DNA from: Chromatiaceae bacterium
GTDB lineage: Bacteria; Pseudomonadota; Gammaproteobacteria; Chromatiales; Chromatiaceae
Direction: 5' to 3'
DNA length: 36,166 bases
NCBI GenBank assembly: GCA_049290655.1
Contig: JBATOB010000040.1
Location: 1-36,166 of the forward strand
In this document: positions 28,901 to 36,166 of the stretch, one piece after another
Layout of the letters: every line of letters begins with the position of its first letter
Position numbering within the stretch: the first letter of the stretch is position 1
Position numbers and translations under genes: made by a program
Notes under the pieces: model-generated
Told to the model about the DNA's origin: nothing
Seen by the model: the letters and a program-made list of their open reading frames with translations, nothing else
Database searches by the model: none

Positions 28901-29848
28901 GCGCTCCACCTCCAGCCAGCCGGCATCTGGTGTCACCAGGCGCCAGGAGACCAGGTTGTCCAGAGTCGTGCCCCACAGCACCGCCTTCTTGCCCCCGGCG
29001 TTCATGGCGATGTTGCCGCCGATGGTGGAGGCGTCCTGCGAGGTGGGGTCCACGGCGAAGGCCAGTCCCGCGCCCTCCGCCACTTCGGCGACCCGCCGGG
29101 TGACGGCGCCAGCGCCACACCAGAGGGTCGGGAATTCTCCCGTCCGATCCGGTAGGGAGCGGCGCTCCACCGCGGCAATAGCGTCCAGTTTTTCGGTGTT
29201 GATCACGGCGCACCAAGGGTCCAGGGGCACGGCCGACCCCGTATAGCCGGTACCGCCGCCACGCGGGATCAGGCTCAGCCCGCAATCGAGGCAGGCACGG
29301 ACAATGGGGGCGACCTCGGCCTCCGTGTCCGGGGAAATAACGACGAAGGGCATCTCCACGCGCCAATCGGTGGCGTCGGTGGCGTGGGCCACCCGTGCCA
29401 GACCCCCAAAGTCTAGGTTATCTCGGCGCGTGATGCCTGCCAGGGCCCGATGCAGGTCGCCGCGCCGTGAGCGCAGATCCATCAGCCACTGTCCAAAGGC
29501 CCGCACCGCCTCCCGAGCCGCCACCAGCAAGCGCGCCGCCTGGACGTTGTCATTGAGGCGCCGCTCGAATTGGTCGAGGCGGTGGTGCAGAGCACTGATT
29601 AGAAGTTCCCGGCGCTTGTCGTCCTCCAGCAGGTCATCCTGCAGATAGGGGTTGCGGGTCACCACCCACATGTCCCCCAGGACCTCGAAGAGCATACGCG
29701 CCGAGCGGCCCGTGCGCCGCGTCCCCCGTAACCCCTCGATCAGGTCCCACATCTTCTGGCCCAGGAAGCGGATCACGATCTCCCGGTCGGAAAAGGAGGT
29801 GTAGTTATAGGGAATCTCGCGGATGCGTTGGTGCTGGGGAATAGCCAT
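25928..29848 (-). CDS. DUF3683 / FAD-linked oxidase (GlcD-like) / 2x[4Fe-4S] / double CCG-domain (GlcF/HdrD-like) fusion oxidoreductase, substrate unknown
   Basis: Track ORF 25928..29995 trimmed to ATG 29848 ([25 protein letters not shown]). Motifs, in order:
- FAD-binding [15 protein letters not shown];
- GEHGIGLTK;
- [11 protein letters not shown] and [12 protein letters not shown];
- CCG motifs [15 protein letters not shown] and [15 protein letters not shown]. Confidence 0.8.
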   Translation of the reverse strand: MAIPQHQRIREIPYNYTSFSDREIVIRFLGQKMWDLIEGLRGTRRTGRSARMLFEVLGDMWVVTRNPYLQDDLLEDDKRRELLISALHHRLDQFERRLNDNVQAARLLVAAREAVRAFGQWLMDLRSRRGDLHRALAGITRRDNLDFGGLARVAHATDATDWRVEMPFVVISPDTEAEVAPIVRACLDCGLSLIPRGGGTGYTGSAVPLDPWCAVINTEKLDAIAAVERRSLPDRTGEFPTLWCGAGAVTRRVAEVAEGAGLAFAVDPTSQDASTIGGNIAMNAGGKKAVLWGTTLDNLVSWRLVTPDAGWLEVERLGHNLGKIHDQAEVRFRISRFGPDGQTPKGEPELLTLPGQTFRKAGLGKDVTDKFLAGLPGVQKEGCDGLITSARFLLHQMPAHTRTLCMEFFGADLSLAVPAILEIKEYIDTLPEVLIAGLEHLDERYLRALDYSTKAARAELPKMVLLADLVADDEGLVTAAAERVVALTQARQGEGFIAVSPEARRRFWLDRARTAAISRHTNAFKINEDVVIPLERLADYSRAIERINIEQSIANKQRILEALQDYVETKMPEARDWPGFEDSAESQAILDAKRGAAREVLEEAHRRWGQILALLDAPASDQAHLLMEPEQALVKAGDSLLDLLLRRDLRQSLRQEVRQRLDEIFSGQDMAAVRERLAVIHAQVREARLFVALHMHAGDGNVHTNIPVHSSDYAMLHEADRMVARIMALAIELGGVISGEHGIGLTKIQFLEPDKLAAFVRYKHLVDPAGRFNPGKLMPGSGLESAYTPSLRLVSQEAIILEETELGALNEDIKHCLRCGKCKPVCMTHVPRANLNYSPRNKILGTGLIIEAFLYEEQTRRGLSRRHFAEMNDLADHCTVCHKCQPPCPVKIDFGEVTTRLRRILVDRRQKRFSPGAWAAMRFLDAKDPRLIRLLRIGLARWGFRGLNLASALTRRLGLYRRKEPPAATTGQPPALTLAKELLRRPIRVEVPKKTFRQILALEDATQVPILRDPQRSPEEMEAVFYFPGCGSERLFSDIGLATLALLYEQGVQTVLPPGYLCCGYPQSAGGYEAQGRRLTMENRVLFHRIANTLNYLDIRTVIVSCGTCMDQLLQYEFERIFPGCRLLDIHEYLMERGVTLAGGALPQIGGAEAPVTAGVESLARGGSGVQYLYHDPCHSPMKTHAPLKVAVNLLGQPVTLTDRCCGEAGTLGTARPDIASQLRYRKEESLVQGIRALTGRDHAQGDVKLLTACPACQQGLAKYADETGLTTEYIVVELARYRQGQGWRERFLDRVLIGGIERVLL

Positions 29849-30013
29849 AAGGAACCGGGGCGGGCAAACCGAGTAGAATCGTTGGCGCCTATTATATTTG
29901 GTAAACTCACCGATCATGCGGATTCCCACGGCGGGGACCGAATAGGCCTGGCGACCAGCCCCTTTATCGATGCCACAACGCCATCTCCAAACCACGCCAG
30001 GCCCGGTTTGATT

Positions 30014-30042
30014 TTTGCAACTTTACAACCGACTGGATTAGA
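30014..30042 (+). promoter_or_regulatory. Candidate sigma70 promoter for the plus-strand glycosyltransferase operon
   Basis: TTGCAA (30014-30019), a 17-nt spacer, then TTAGAT (30037-30042), 26 nt upstream of ATG 30068. Confidence 0.25.
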
Positions 30043-30067
30043 TACGGATTCTCCCCCGCCGACCTTG

Positions 30068-32146
30068 ATGACCCACCTGATATCCCGATTGGCTACGCGC
30101 GCCCTCCATGTCCTGCGCACCGAGGGGCCAGGGGTGCTGATGAAAAAGCTGCGGCGGCGCCTACGGGTGGTGGCCTTTCGGCCCCAGGCGCCGCGATTGC
30201 TGCGGTTGACTGAGCCATTTCCAGCCCTGGAACTCCCGGCTCCCGGCGAGAGCCCCCGGGCCTCTCTGATCATCCCCACCTGCGGTCAATTTTCCTATAC
30301 CCATCATTGCCTGGCCGCCCTGCGCGCCTGTGGGGATACCACCCCCTTTGAGGTCATCCTCATCGATGACGAGCCGGAGGGGGACACGGCGGCCCGTCTC
30401 GGGAGTTACGGCCATTTGCAGGTCATCCGCAATAGCTGGAATCTGGGTTTCGTCCACTCCTGCAACCGGGGCGCGCCCCTGGCCAGGGGCGAATTCCTGG
30501 TCTTTTTGAACAACGATACCCAGGTGCAACCGGGCTGGCTGGATAGCCTGCGGGACACCTTCGACCGCCAGCCGCAAGCGGGTCTGGTGGGTAGCAGGCT
30601 CATCTATCCGGACGGCCGTCAGCAGGAGGCCGGGGGGATCGTCTTTCGCGACGGCTCGGCCTGGAATTACGGCCAACTCGATGATCCCGACCGCCCGGAG
30701 TACAGCTACTTGCGCGAGCCGGACTATGTCTCCGGCGCCGCCCTGGCGATCCGGCGTGACCTCTTTGAGCGGCTTGGCGGTTTCGATCCCCGCTATGCGC
30801 CGGCCTATTACGAGGACACCGACCTGGCCTTTCGTGTCCGCGCCGCCGGCCAGCGGGTCTATTACCAGCCCTGGTCGCGGGTGCTGCATTTCGAGGGGGT
30901 GACGGCGGGCCGGGATGGCGATGCTGGGGCCCAGACGGGCATGAAGCGCTTCCAGGCCATCAACCAGCACCAGTTCCTCGATCGCTGGCGCCAGGTATTG
31001 GCCCGTCACGGGGTGCGGGGCGAGGATCTGGAACGGCAAAAGGAGCGGCAAGTGCGTCGGCGGGCCTTAGTTGTCGATCTGTATGTGCCCACCCCGGACA
31101 AGGAATCCGGCTCCCTGCGGCTCGTCAATCTCTTCACGCTCCTGGGAGAACTGGGTTTCAAGGTGACCTTCGCCGCCGCCAATCTGGAGGCCCCGGAGCC
31201 CTATGTCGCCGACCTGCAGCGCCAGGGGGTCGAGGTCCTCTACCGGCCCTATGTCAAGTCTCTGGCCCACCACCTGAAGGCGCGAGGGGGCGAATATGAC
31301 CTGGTCATCCTCAGCCGCGCCGATACCGCCGCCAGGTTCATGGCGAGGGCCCGGAGGCATTGCCCGCGGGCGAGGTTGGTCTTCGACACGGTCGATTTGC
31401 ACTTTCTGCGGGAAGGGCGGCTGGCGGACCTGACGGGCGACCCCCGCACCCGCGCCCTGGCGGAGCGGCGGCGGCAAGAAGAACTGGGGCTTATCGCCCA
31501 GGCGGATACCACCCTGGTCGTGAGCTCGGTAGAGCGGGACCTGTTGGCCCGGGAGGCCCCGGGGGCGGATGTGCGCCTCCTGTCCAATATTCATCGCCTC
31601 CCCGGCCGCCGCGCCGGCTTCGCGGAGCGTCGGGACATCTTCTTCATCGGCGCCTTTGCCCACCCGCCGAACACGGATGCGGTACTCTGGTTTAGCCGCG
31701 AAATCCTGCCACTGATCCTCGCCGAGGTGCCGGATATGCGATTTTCGGTGATTGGCGCCGAGCCCCCGGCGGAGGTGCGGGCCCTGGCCTCGGGTGCGAT
31801 CCGCATCCTGGGCCATATACCGGATGTGACTCCTTTTTTTAATAGCTTCCGACTCAGCCTGGCCCCCCTGCGCTATGGCGCTGGTGTCAAGGGCAAGATC
31901 AATCAGAGCCTGGCCCATGGCCTGCCCGTGGTGGCGACGAGCCAGGCGGTGGAGGGAATGTTCCTGGAGGACGGACGCTCGGTGCTGGTGGCCGACGAGC
32001 CGGGAGATTTCGCCGCCACCGTGCTGCGCCTCTACCGGGACCCAGTGCTCTGGGAACGGCTCTCCGCCGGGGGCCTGACCGTGATGGAGGAGCATTTCGG
32101 CTTTGCCGCCGCGCGCCGCGCCTTGGTCGATCTGGTGGGGGAATAA
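30068..32146 (+). CDS. Two-domain glycosyltransferase (N-terminal GT2-like, C-terminal GT4/GT1-fold)
   Basis: Track ORF 29828..32146 trimmed to ATG 30068 (MTHLISRLATR); the upstream part overlaps the divergent gene. GT2 part: SLIIPTCGQ..ILIDDEP..FLNNDT..YEDTDLAFR. C-terminal part: DIFFIGAF..RFSVIG..GAGVKGKINQSLAHGLPVVAT. Confidence 0.75.
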   Translation: MTHLISRLATRALHVLRTEGPGVLMKKLRRRLRVVAFRPQAPRLLRLTEPFPALELPAPGESPRASLIIPTCGQFSYTHHCLAALRACGDTTPFEVILIDDEPEGDTAARLGSYGHLQVIRNSWNLGFVHSCNRGAPLARGEFLVFLNNDTQVQPGWLDSLRDTFDRQPQAGLVGSRLIYPDGRQQEAGGIVFRDGSAWNYGQLDDPDRPEYSYLREPDYVSGAALAIRRDLFERLGGFDPRYAPAYYEDTDLAFRVRAAGQRVYYQPWSRVLHFEGVTAGRDGDAGAQTGMKRFQAINQHQFLDRWRQVLARHGVRGEDLERQKERQVRRRALVVDLYVPTPDKESGSLRLVNLFTLLGELGFKVTFAAANLEAPEPYVADLQRQGVEVLYRPYVKSLAHHLKARGGEYDLVILSRADTAARFMARARRHCPRARLVFDTVDLHFLREGRLADLTGDPRTRALAERRRQEELGLIAQADTTLVVSSVERDLLAREAPGADVRLLSNIHRLPGRRAGFAERRDIFFIGAFAHPPNTDAVLWFSREILPLILAEVPDMRFSVIGAEPPAEVRALASGAIRILGHIPDVTPFFNSFRLSLAPLRYGAGVKGKINQSLAHGLPVVATSQAVEGMFLEDGRSVLVADEPGDFAATVLRLYRDPVLWERLSAGGLTVMEEHFGFAAARRALVDLVGE

Positions 32147-32149
32147 ATC

Positions 32150-33091
32150 TTGTCGTTAAGCGAGAACGCCAAGCCAACAACACCGGACCGGCCGCAAGCG
32201 CCTGTTTTGAGTGTCCTGATCGTCAACTACAATGCGGGCGACCTGCTGAGCGAGGCAGTGGGCGCCGTTCTGGCCAACGCCCTGCCGCTGGAGATCATCG
32301 TCAGCGACAATGGCTCGGAAGACGGCAGCCTGGAGGATTTGGTGGCCCGGCATGGCCGTGATCCCCGCCTGCGGGTGCTGCGCAATGACGCCAATCTCGG
32401 CTTCGCCGGTGGCCATAACCGGGCCCTGCCCTGGGCCGGCGCCCCTTACGTGCTGTTCCTGAACCCGGATTGCATCGTCGGCCCGGAGACGCTGACCCGA
32501 CTCATCGACTTCATGGCGGCCACGCCGGACGCGGGTATGGCGGGGACCATCGTACGCAACCCGGATGGCAGCGAACAGAAGGCCTCCCGGCGCCGCATTC
32601 CGGACCCCTGGGTGGGACTGGTGCGTTTTCTCCATCTCGATCGCCTCTGGCCCAACCTGCTCGCCGGCAAGCGACTGAATCTCCTGCACGCACCCATGCC
32701 CACTCGCCCGCTGATCGTGGATGCCATCTCCGGCTCCCTGATGCTCGTCCAGCGTCGGGCCCTGGAGGAGGTTGGCCCCCTTGACGAGGGCTATTTTCTC
32801 CATTGCGAGGACCTGGACTGGTTTGTGCGCTTTCGCAACGCCGGCTGGCCCATCTATCTGGTGCCTGCCGCCGAGGTCCGCCACCACCAGGGGGCCTGCG
32901 GCTTGAGCCGGCCCTTTGCCGTGGAGTGGCACAAGCACCGGGGCATGGCGCGCTTTTTCCGAAAATTTCAGTTTCGGGATTACCCCCTGCCCTTTAGCCT
33001 GTTGGTGCTGCTGGGAATTTGGGTACACTTTGGGTTCTTTTCCCTTGTTGAAGGGGGCCGGCGGCTAATGCGGCTAATGCGGCAAACATGA
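32150..33091 (+). CDS. Family 2 glycosyltransferase (rhamnosyltransferase-like)
   Basis: 313-aa ORF with LSVLIVNYNAGDLL, VSDNGSEDGS, FLNPDC and HCEDLDW. TTG start at 32150 with GGGGGA 7 nt upstream; an alternative TTG at 32207 is possible. The stop overlaps the next ATG (ATGA). Confidence 0.75.
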   Translation: MSLSENAKPTTPDRPQAPVLSVLIVNYNAGDLLSEAVGAVLANALPLEIIVSDNGSEDGSLEDLVARHGRDPRLRVLRNDANLGFAGGHNRALPWAGAPYVLFLNPDCIVGPETLTRLIDFMAATPDAGMAGTIVRNPDGSEQKASRRRIPDPWVGLVRFLHLDRLWPNLLAGKRLNLLHAPMPTRPLIVDAISGSLMLVQRRALEEVGPLDEGYFLHCEDLDWFVRFRNAGWPIYLVPAAEVRHHQGACGLSRPFAVEWHKHRGMARFFRKFQFRDYPLPFSLLVLLGIWVHFGFFSLVEGGRRLMRLMRQT

Positions 33092-34149
33092 CCGAGTCCG
33101 TCCAGGAAAACGCCCCCTTCCGGGGCTTGCCTGTCCTGGTCACAGGGGCCACGGGCAAGGTGGGTCGCCACCTTGTACAGGCCTTGCTAGACGAGGGGGC
33201 GCGGGTCACCATCCTGACCCGTACTCCCGAGAAGGCGCGGACTCTCTGGCCGGGGGCCCCGGTCACTTGCCGCGCGGGGGATCTCGGGGATGCAGCGAGT
33301 CTGGCTGCCGCCTTGGTGGGGGTCAAATGCGTCTTTCACCTCGCCAGCTACGCCCCGGGCCCGGATGAGGCCGATATCTACGAGGCACCCGCCCACTGGA
33401 CGGTCAGCGCCAAGGGTACCCGCAACCTGGTTGCGGCGGCCCTGACCAGCGGCATCCACCGACTCGTCTATCTAAGCAGTATAAAGGTGATGGGTGACGC
33501 TGCGGGGGCGGGCCCGCAACCGGCGGACGAACAGACGACTCCCATTCCCGACAGCCTTTATGGCCGCGCCAAACTGGAGGCCGAAAGACAGGTACTAACC
33601 TTGGGCGGAGCCGGTGGGCTTCTGACCTGCGTACTGCGCCTGCCCATGGTCTATGGGTTGGCGGGGCAAGGCAATATCGCCCGGATGATTGATGCCGTGG
33701 CGCGCCATCGCTTCCCCCCTTGGCCACCCATCGACAATCGTCGCTCGGCGATCCACGTGGATGACGCCGTCCGCGCCGTCCTGCTCGCGGCTTGGCACCC
33801 GCGGGCCACCGGGCAAATCTTCCTGGTCACCGATGGAGAGCACTATTCCACGCGGTTGCTTTACGAGCAAATCCGACTCGCCCTGGGACTGCCCATACCT
33901 CGTTGGAGCACACCCTTGTGGGTGCTTGGTGTCGCGGCCAGCCTGGGCAGCCTTGGGGAGAGGATGACGGGCCATGCCATGCCCTTGACTCGCGCCGGAC
34001 TCAGCAAACTCACCGGCAATGCCTGGTTCAGCTCAGCCAGAATTTGCCAGGAATTGGGTTTCCAAGCCCATCACAATCTGAGCTCGGAGATACCCCTTAT
34101 GGTGAGAGACTATCAGTGCCTTCTAGCGCGGCGGTCTCCGCTACGCTAG
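33088..34149 (+). CDS. NAD-dependent epimerase/dehydratase (extended SDR)
   Basis: 353-aa ORF. Rossmann motif VLVTGATGKVGRHL and catalytic YGRAK (YxxxK). Confidence 0.8.
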   Translation: MTESVQENAPFRGLPVLVTGATGKVGRHLVQALLDEGARVTILTRTPEKARTLWPGAPVTCRAGDLGDAASLAAALVGVKCVFHLASYAPGPDEADIYEAPAHWTVSAKGTRNLVAAALTSGIHRLVYLSSIKVMGDAAGAGPQPADEQTTPIPDSLYGRAKLEAERQVLTLGGAGGLLTCVLRLPMVYGLAGQGNIARMIDAVARHRFPPWPPIDNRRSAIHVDDAVRAVLLAAWHPRATGQIFLVTDGEHYSTRLLYEQIRLALGLPIPRWSTPLWVLGVAASLGSLGERMTGHAMPLTRAGLSKLTGNAWFSSARICQELGFQAHHNLSSEIPLMVRDYQCLLARRSPLR

Positions 34150-34969
34150 GACTTAAGTCGAGCGTCAATTGGGCGTTTGCAGTGTCCTCATGGGACTCCA
34201 GATCCGCCTGGTTGCTGGCAGCCCTTATTTTATCATTGTAAAGTTTAAGGATGGTTTCCACGTCACCCGTCGCGACTACCTGGCCACGATTCATCAGGAT
34301 GGCGGTATTACACATTTTGCGGATCAAGCCATCCGAGTGTGAAGCCAGGACTATGATTCCCGCCTGAGCGGTAAAGCCAGCCAGGCGCTTTTCCGCCTTC
34401 TCCATAAAGGCTGCATCCCCGGCCCCAATACCCTCGTCCAGAAGGAGAATATCTGGCTTAATCGAGGTGGAAACGGCGAATGCCAGCCGCATCCGCATGC
34501 CGGCGGAATAGGTGCGTATGGGCAGATTTAGGAACTCTCCCAGATCGGTGAAGGCGGCGATATCATCCATGCGCGCCATGACTTCCTTATGGGTCAGCCC
34601 TAAAAACAGCCCCCGTAAAAAAACATTATCGTATCCCGTGGCTTCTGGATCCATGCCCAGGGAGATGTCAAAGAGAGGCGCTATATGTCCTTGGATGATC
34701 GCCTCGCCCGTGCACGGCTCATAGAGGCCAGCCAATAAGCGGAGTAGCGTGGTCTTGCCAGCACCGTTATGGCCCACGAGTCCAACGCGGTCACCATGTT
34801 CGAATCTCAGGTTAACATCGATGAGTGCCTCCACGACGGAGGCATGGCCATTGCTCGAGCCGATGCGGCCACCCAGACCCGCCGGCAGGATGCGATTCTT
34901 GAGTGAACGCGTACTTGAATCGTAGATGGGAAATAAAACGGAGACATTCTTTAGTTCAATGGATGCCAC
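34097..34969 (-). CDS. wzt: Polysaccharide/O-antigen ABC exporter ATP-binding protein (Wzt/TagH/KpsT family)
   Basis: Track ORF 34097..35095 trimmed to GTG 34969 (VASIELKNVSVLFP), with AGGAAA 6 nt upstream and just after the wzm stop. Walker A GHNGAGKTT, signature YSAGMRMRLAFAV, Walker B ILLLDEG. Confidence 0.8.
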   Translation of the reverse strand: MASIELKNVSVLFPIYDSSTRSLKNRILPAGLGGRIGSSNGHASVVEALIDVNLRFEHGDRVGLVGHNGAGKTTLLRLLAGLYEPCTGEAIIQGHIAPLFDISLGMDPEATGYDNVFLRGLFLGLTHKEVMARMDDIAAFTDLGEFLNLPIRTYSAGMRMRLAFAVSTSIKPDILLLDEGIGAGDAAFMEKAEKRLAGFTAQAGIIVLASHSDGLIRKMCNTAILMNRGQVVATGDVETILKLYNDKIRAASNQADLESHEDTANAQLTLDLSPSVAETAALEGTDSLSP

Positions 34970-34979
34970 GGATGGTTTC

Positions 34980-35846
34980 CTATACCCAGTACGGCAATCG
35001 CCAACGTAGGGCCGTATAAAAAAATAGTGCGAGGACCCAACCCGCGAGGGTGATGATGAGGGCGCCGATGATGATCTGGGTCGAGGGTTGAGCACCCATC
35101 AAGGGGGCCCGTACTATCTCCACCAAATAGTAAAAGGGGTTTGCATCCAGGATCAAGGCCCGACTCGGCAACATCTCCTGTCTCCACAAAACTGGCGTAA
35201 TAAAGAACATCACCTGAACGACGCTGGCGACAATCTGGGGTATATCTCGAAAACGAGCGCTCAACAATCCCAACAGCAACCCAATCCAGATGCCATTGAG
35301 GAGGATTATCAGAACGCCCGGAATCACCAGGATCAGATTCCAGTTGGGAAATTTTCCGTACCAGAACGACACCAAAAAGAAAATGACCACATTGTGGGCG
35401 AAGATGATCAGATTAGTCCAGACGCCCCGATAGACATAGATGGAGAGGGGCGCCGGTAATTGCTTAATCAAACCTTCCCCTTGGATGAAAGCCCGCACGC
35501 CATCCAGAAGCATCCCGGATATCAAGCCCCAAATCACGAAGCCAGCGGCCAGAAAGGGCAGATACTCCGAAAGTTCTTGCCCAAAGATGGCGCCGTAGAG
35601 GATTCCCAGGGCCAATACCATGATGCCCATGGAGATGGTCAACCAAAAAGGACCTATCCGGGAGCGACGATAACGCTGCCGGATCTCCTGCATCCCCAGG
35701 TTTCCCCACAAGGCCCGACGATGCCACCCCTCGACGATATCGTCTCGCGCCTTGAGAAAATTGCGCCTCGTCAAGCCATGAGCGAGTTGCGCGATCAAGC
35801 CGACGACGGGAGGAGAAGATGGGGAAATATCCATGGGATCAATCAC
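34980..35846 (-). CDS. wzm: Polysaccharide/O-antigen ABC exporter permease (ABC-2 type)
   Basis: 288-aa ORF with six hydrophobic segments and an ABC-2 signature region LDANPFYYLVEIVRAPLMG. The start is either GTG 35846 or ATG 35834; neither has a clear SD. Confidence 0.8.
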   Translation of the reverse strand: MIDPMDISPSSPPVVGLIAQLAHGLTRRNFLKARDDIVEGWHRRALWGNLGMQEIRQRYRRSRIGPFWLTISMGIMVLALGILYGAIFGQELSEYLPFLAAGFVIWGLISGMLLDGVRAFIQGEGLIKQLPAPLSIYVYRGVWTNLIIFAHNVVIFFLVSFWYGKFPNWNLILVIPGVLIILLNGIWIGLLLGLLSARFRDIPQIVASVVQVMFFITPVLWRQEMLPSRALILDANPFYYLVEIVRAPLMGAQPSTQIIIGALIITLAGWVLALFFYTALRWRLPYWV

Positions 35847-35887
35847 AAATAAGGCATGAGGCGCTGTTGTTTAGAATAACTGAATCG

Positions 35888-36166
35888 TCAAGACCTAACA
35901 TTCTTCGCCTCTATTTGCGCCCGCAGCCGCAGACTTTCCAGATAGTCGCGCTGGCGTAGGGCCAGACGGGGCGCCATCGCCAGGTCGGGGCTTAGTTCCG
36001 CGTGCATGGCGGTGATTTCCGCGAGGTGCTGGTCGAGATGGTTGGCCCCCACCACGCTCGCGGCGTGGCGGCGATGCTGGTTGAGGGGGCGGGCGACATA
36101 CTGGACCTCGCCCCCGGCGCGGCACAGATCGGCATAGAGGCGCCAGTCGCCAGCGATGCGCCAGTC
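35888..36166 (-). CDS. C-terminal 92 codons of a probable glycosyltransferase; runs off the right edge
   Basis: My own translation in the frame ending at TGA 35888-35890 gives DWRIAGDWRLYADLCRAGGEVQYVARPLNQHRRHAASVV...RDYLESLRLRAQIEAKNVRS. The DWRLY..L pattern resembles the tail of GT2-type enzymes. The track ORF 35895..36125 is in a different frame and is Arg/Pro/Gly-rich. Confidence 0.45.
   Translation of the reverse strand, partial: DWRIAGDWRLYADLCRAGGEVQYVARPLNQHRRHAASVVGANHLDQHLAEITAMHAELSPDLAMAPRLALRQRDYLESLRLRAQIEAKNVRS

Noticed and set aside
26933-29155. Plus-strand ORFs 26933..27868 and 27977..29155
   Set aside because: Antisense to the DUF3683 fusion gene, whose frame carries ordered cofactor motifs.
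30161-33028. Minus-strand ORFs 30161..31051, 31067..32095 and 32156..33028
   Set aside because: Antisense to the two glycosyltransferase genes. No motifs. High-GC artefacts.
35895-36125. Track ORF of 76 aa (MPRRGRGPV...)
   Set aside because: Arg/Pro/Gly-rich wrong-frame product. The adjacent frame ending at 35888 gives a sensible glycosyltransferase-like C-terminus.
1-36166. CRISPR arrays, tRNA/rRNA genes, prophage, or defence-island or toxin-antitoxin signatures
   Set aside because: I saw no regularly spaced direct repeats, no cloverleaf-like or rRNA-like segments in the intergenic gaps, and no genes of those classes. The only mobile DNA is the decayed IS3 copy.

Overview
High-GC proteobacterial chromosomal segment (hand-sampled 60-nt stretches are about 65-68% GC). 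It is almost fully coding and mostly housekeeping. aprBA together with rpe-gph-trpE synteny suggests a gammaproteobacterial sulfur oxidiser, but this is inference only.

Gene order, left to right:
(1) A minus-strand methylcitrate-cycle cluster: prpE, a GntR-family regulator, prpB, prpC, acnD. acnD runs off the left edge and is missing from the ORF track.
(2) An MFS transporter, trpE, gph, rpe and djlA, all on the minus strand.
(3) A 445-bp, heavily structured divergent intergenic region, followed by znuA-znuC-znuB on the plus strand.
(4) A membrane-anchored retropepsin-like protease (-), comF (+), ribF (-), murJ (-).
(5) A 297-aa YkgJ-type cysteine-cluster protein (-), sitting just downstream of a strong intrinsic terminator that ends the aprB-aprA (APS reductase) operon (-).
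(6) A DUF423 membrane protein and rsmE (+).
(7) A decayed IS3-family element.
(8) A 1306-aa DUF3683/GlcD-like/GlcF-like fusion oxidoreductase (-).
(9) An ABC-transporter-type glycan locus. It holds a GT2-GT4 fusion glycosyltransferase, a GT2 and an SDR epimerase (+), converging on wzm-wzt and a partial glycosyltransferase (-).

I found no tRNA, rRNA, CRISPR array or recognisable defence or toxin-antitoxin module. I cannot point to a clear-cut new multi-gene system.

The best unexplained signals are:
- a closed three-way-junction RNA-like element with two GGGA loops in the znuA leader;
- aprBA with no adjacent membrane or electron-transfer partner, but followed by an extended YkgJ-like Cys-cluster protein;
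- the giant DUF3683 fusion enzyme;
- the low-GC wzm-wzt patch.

Many long ORFs in the track are antisense or off-frame high-GC artefacts and were rejected.
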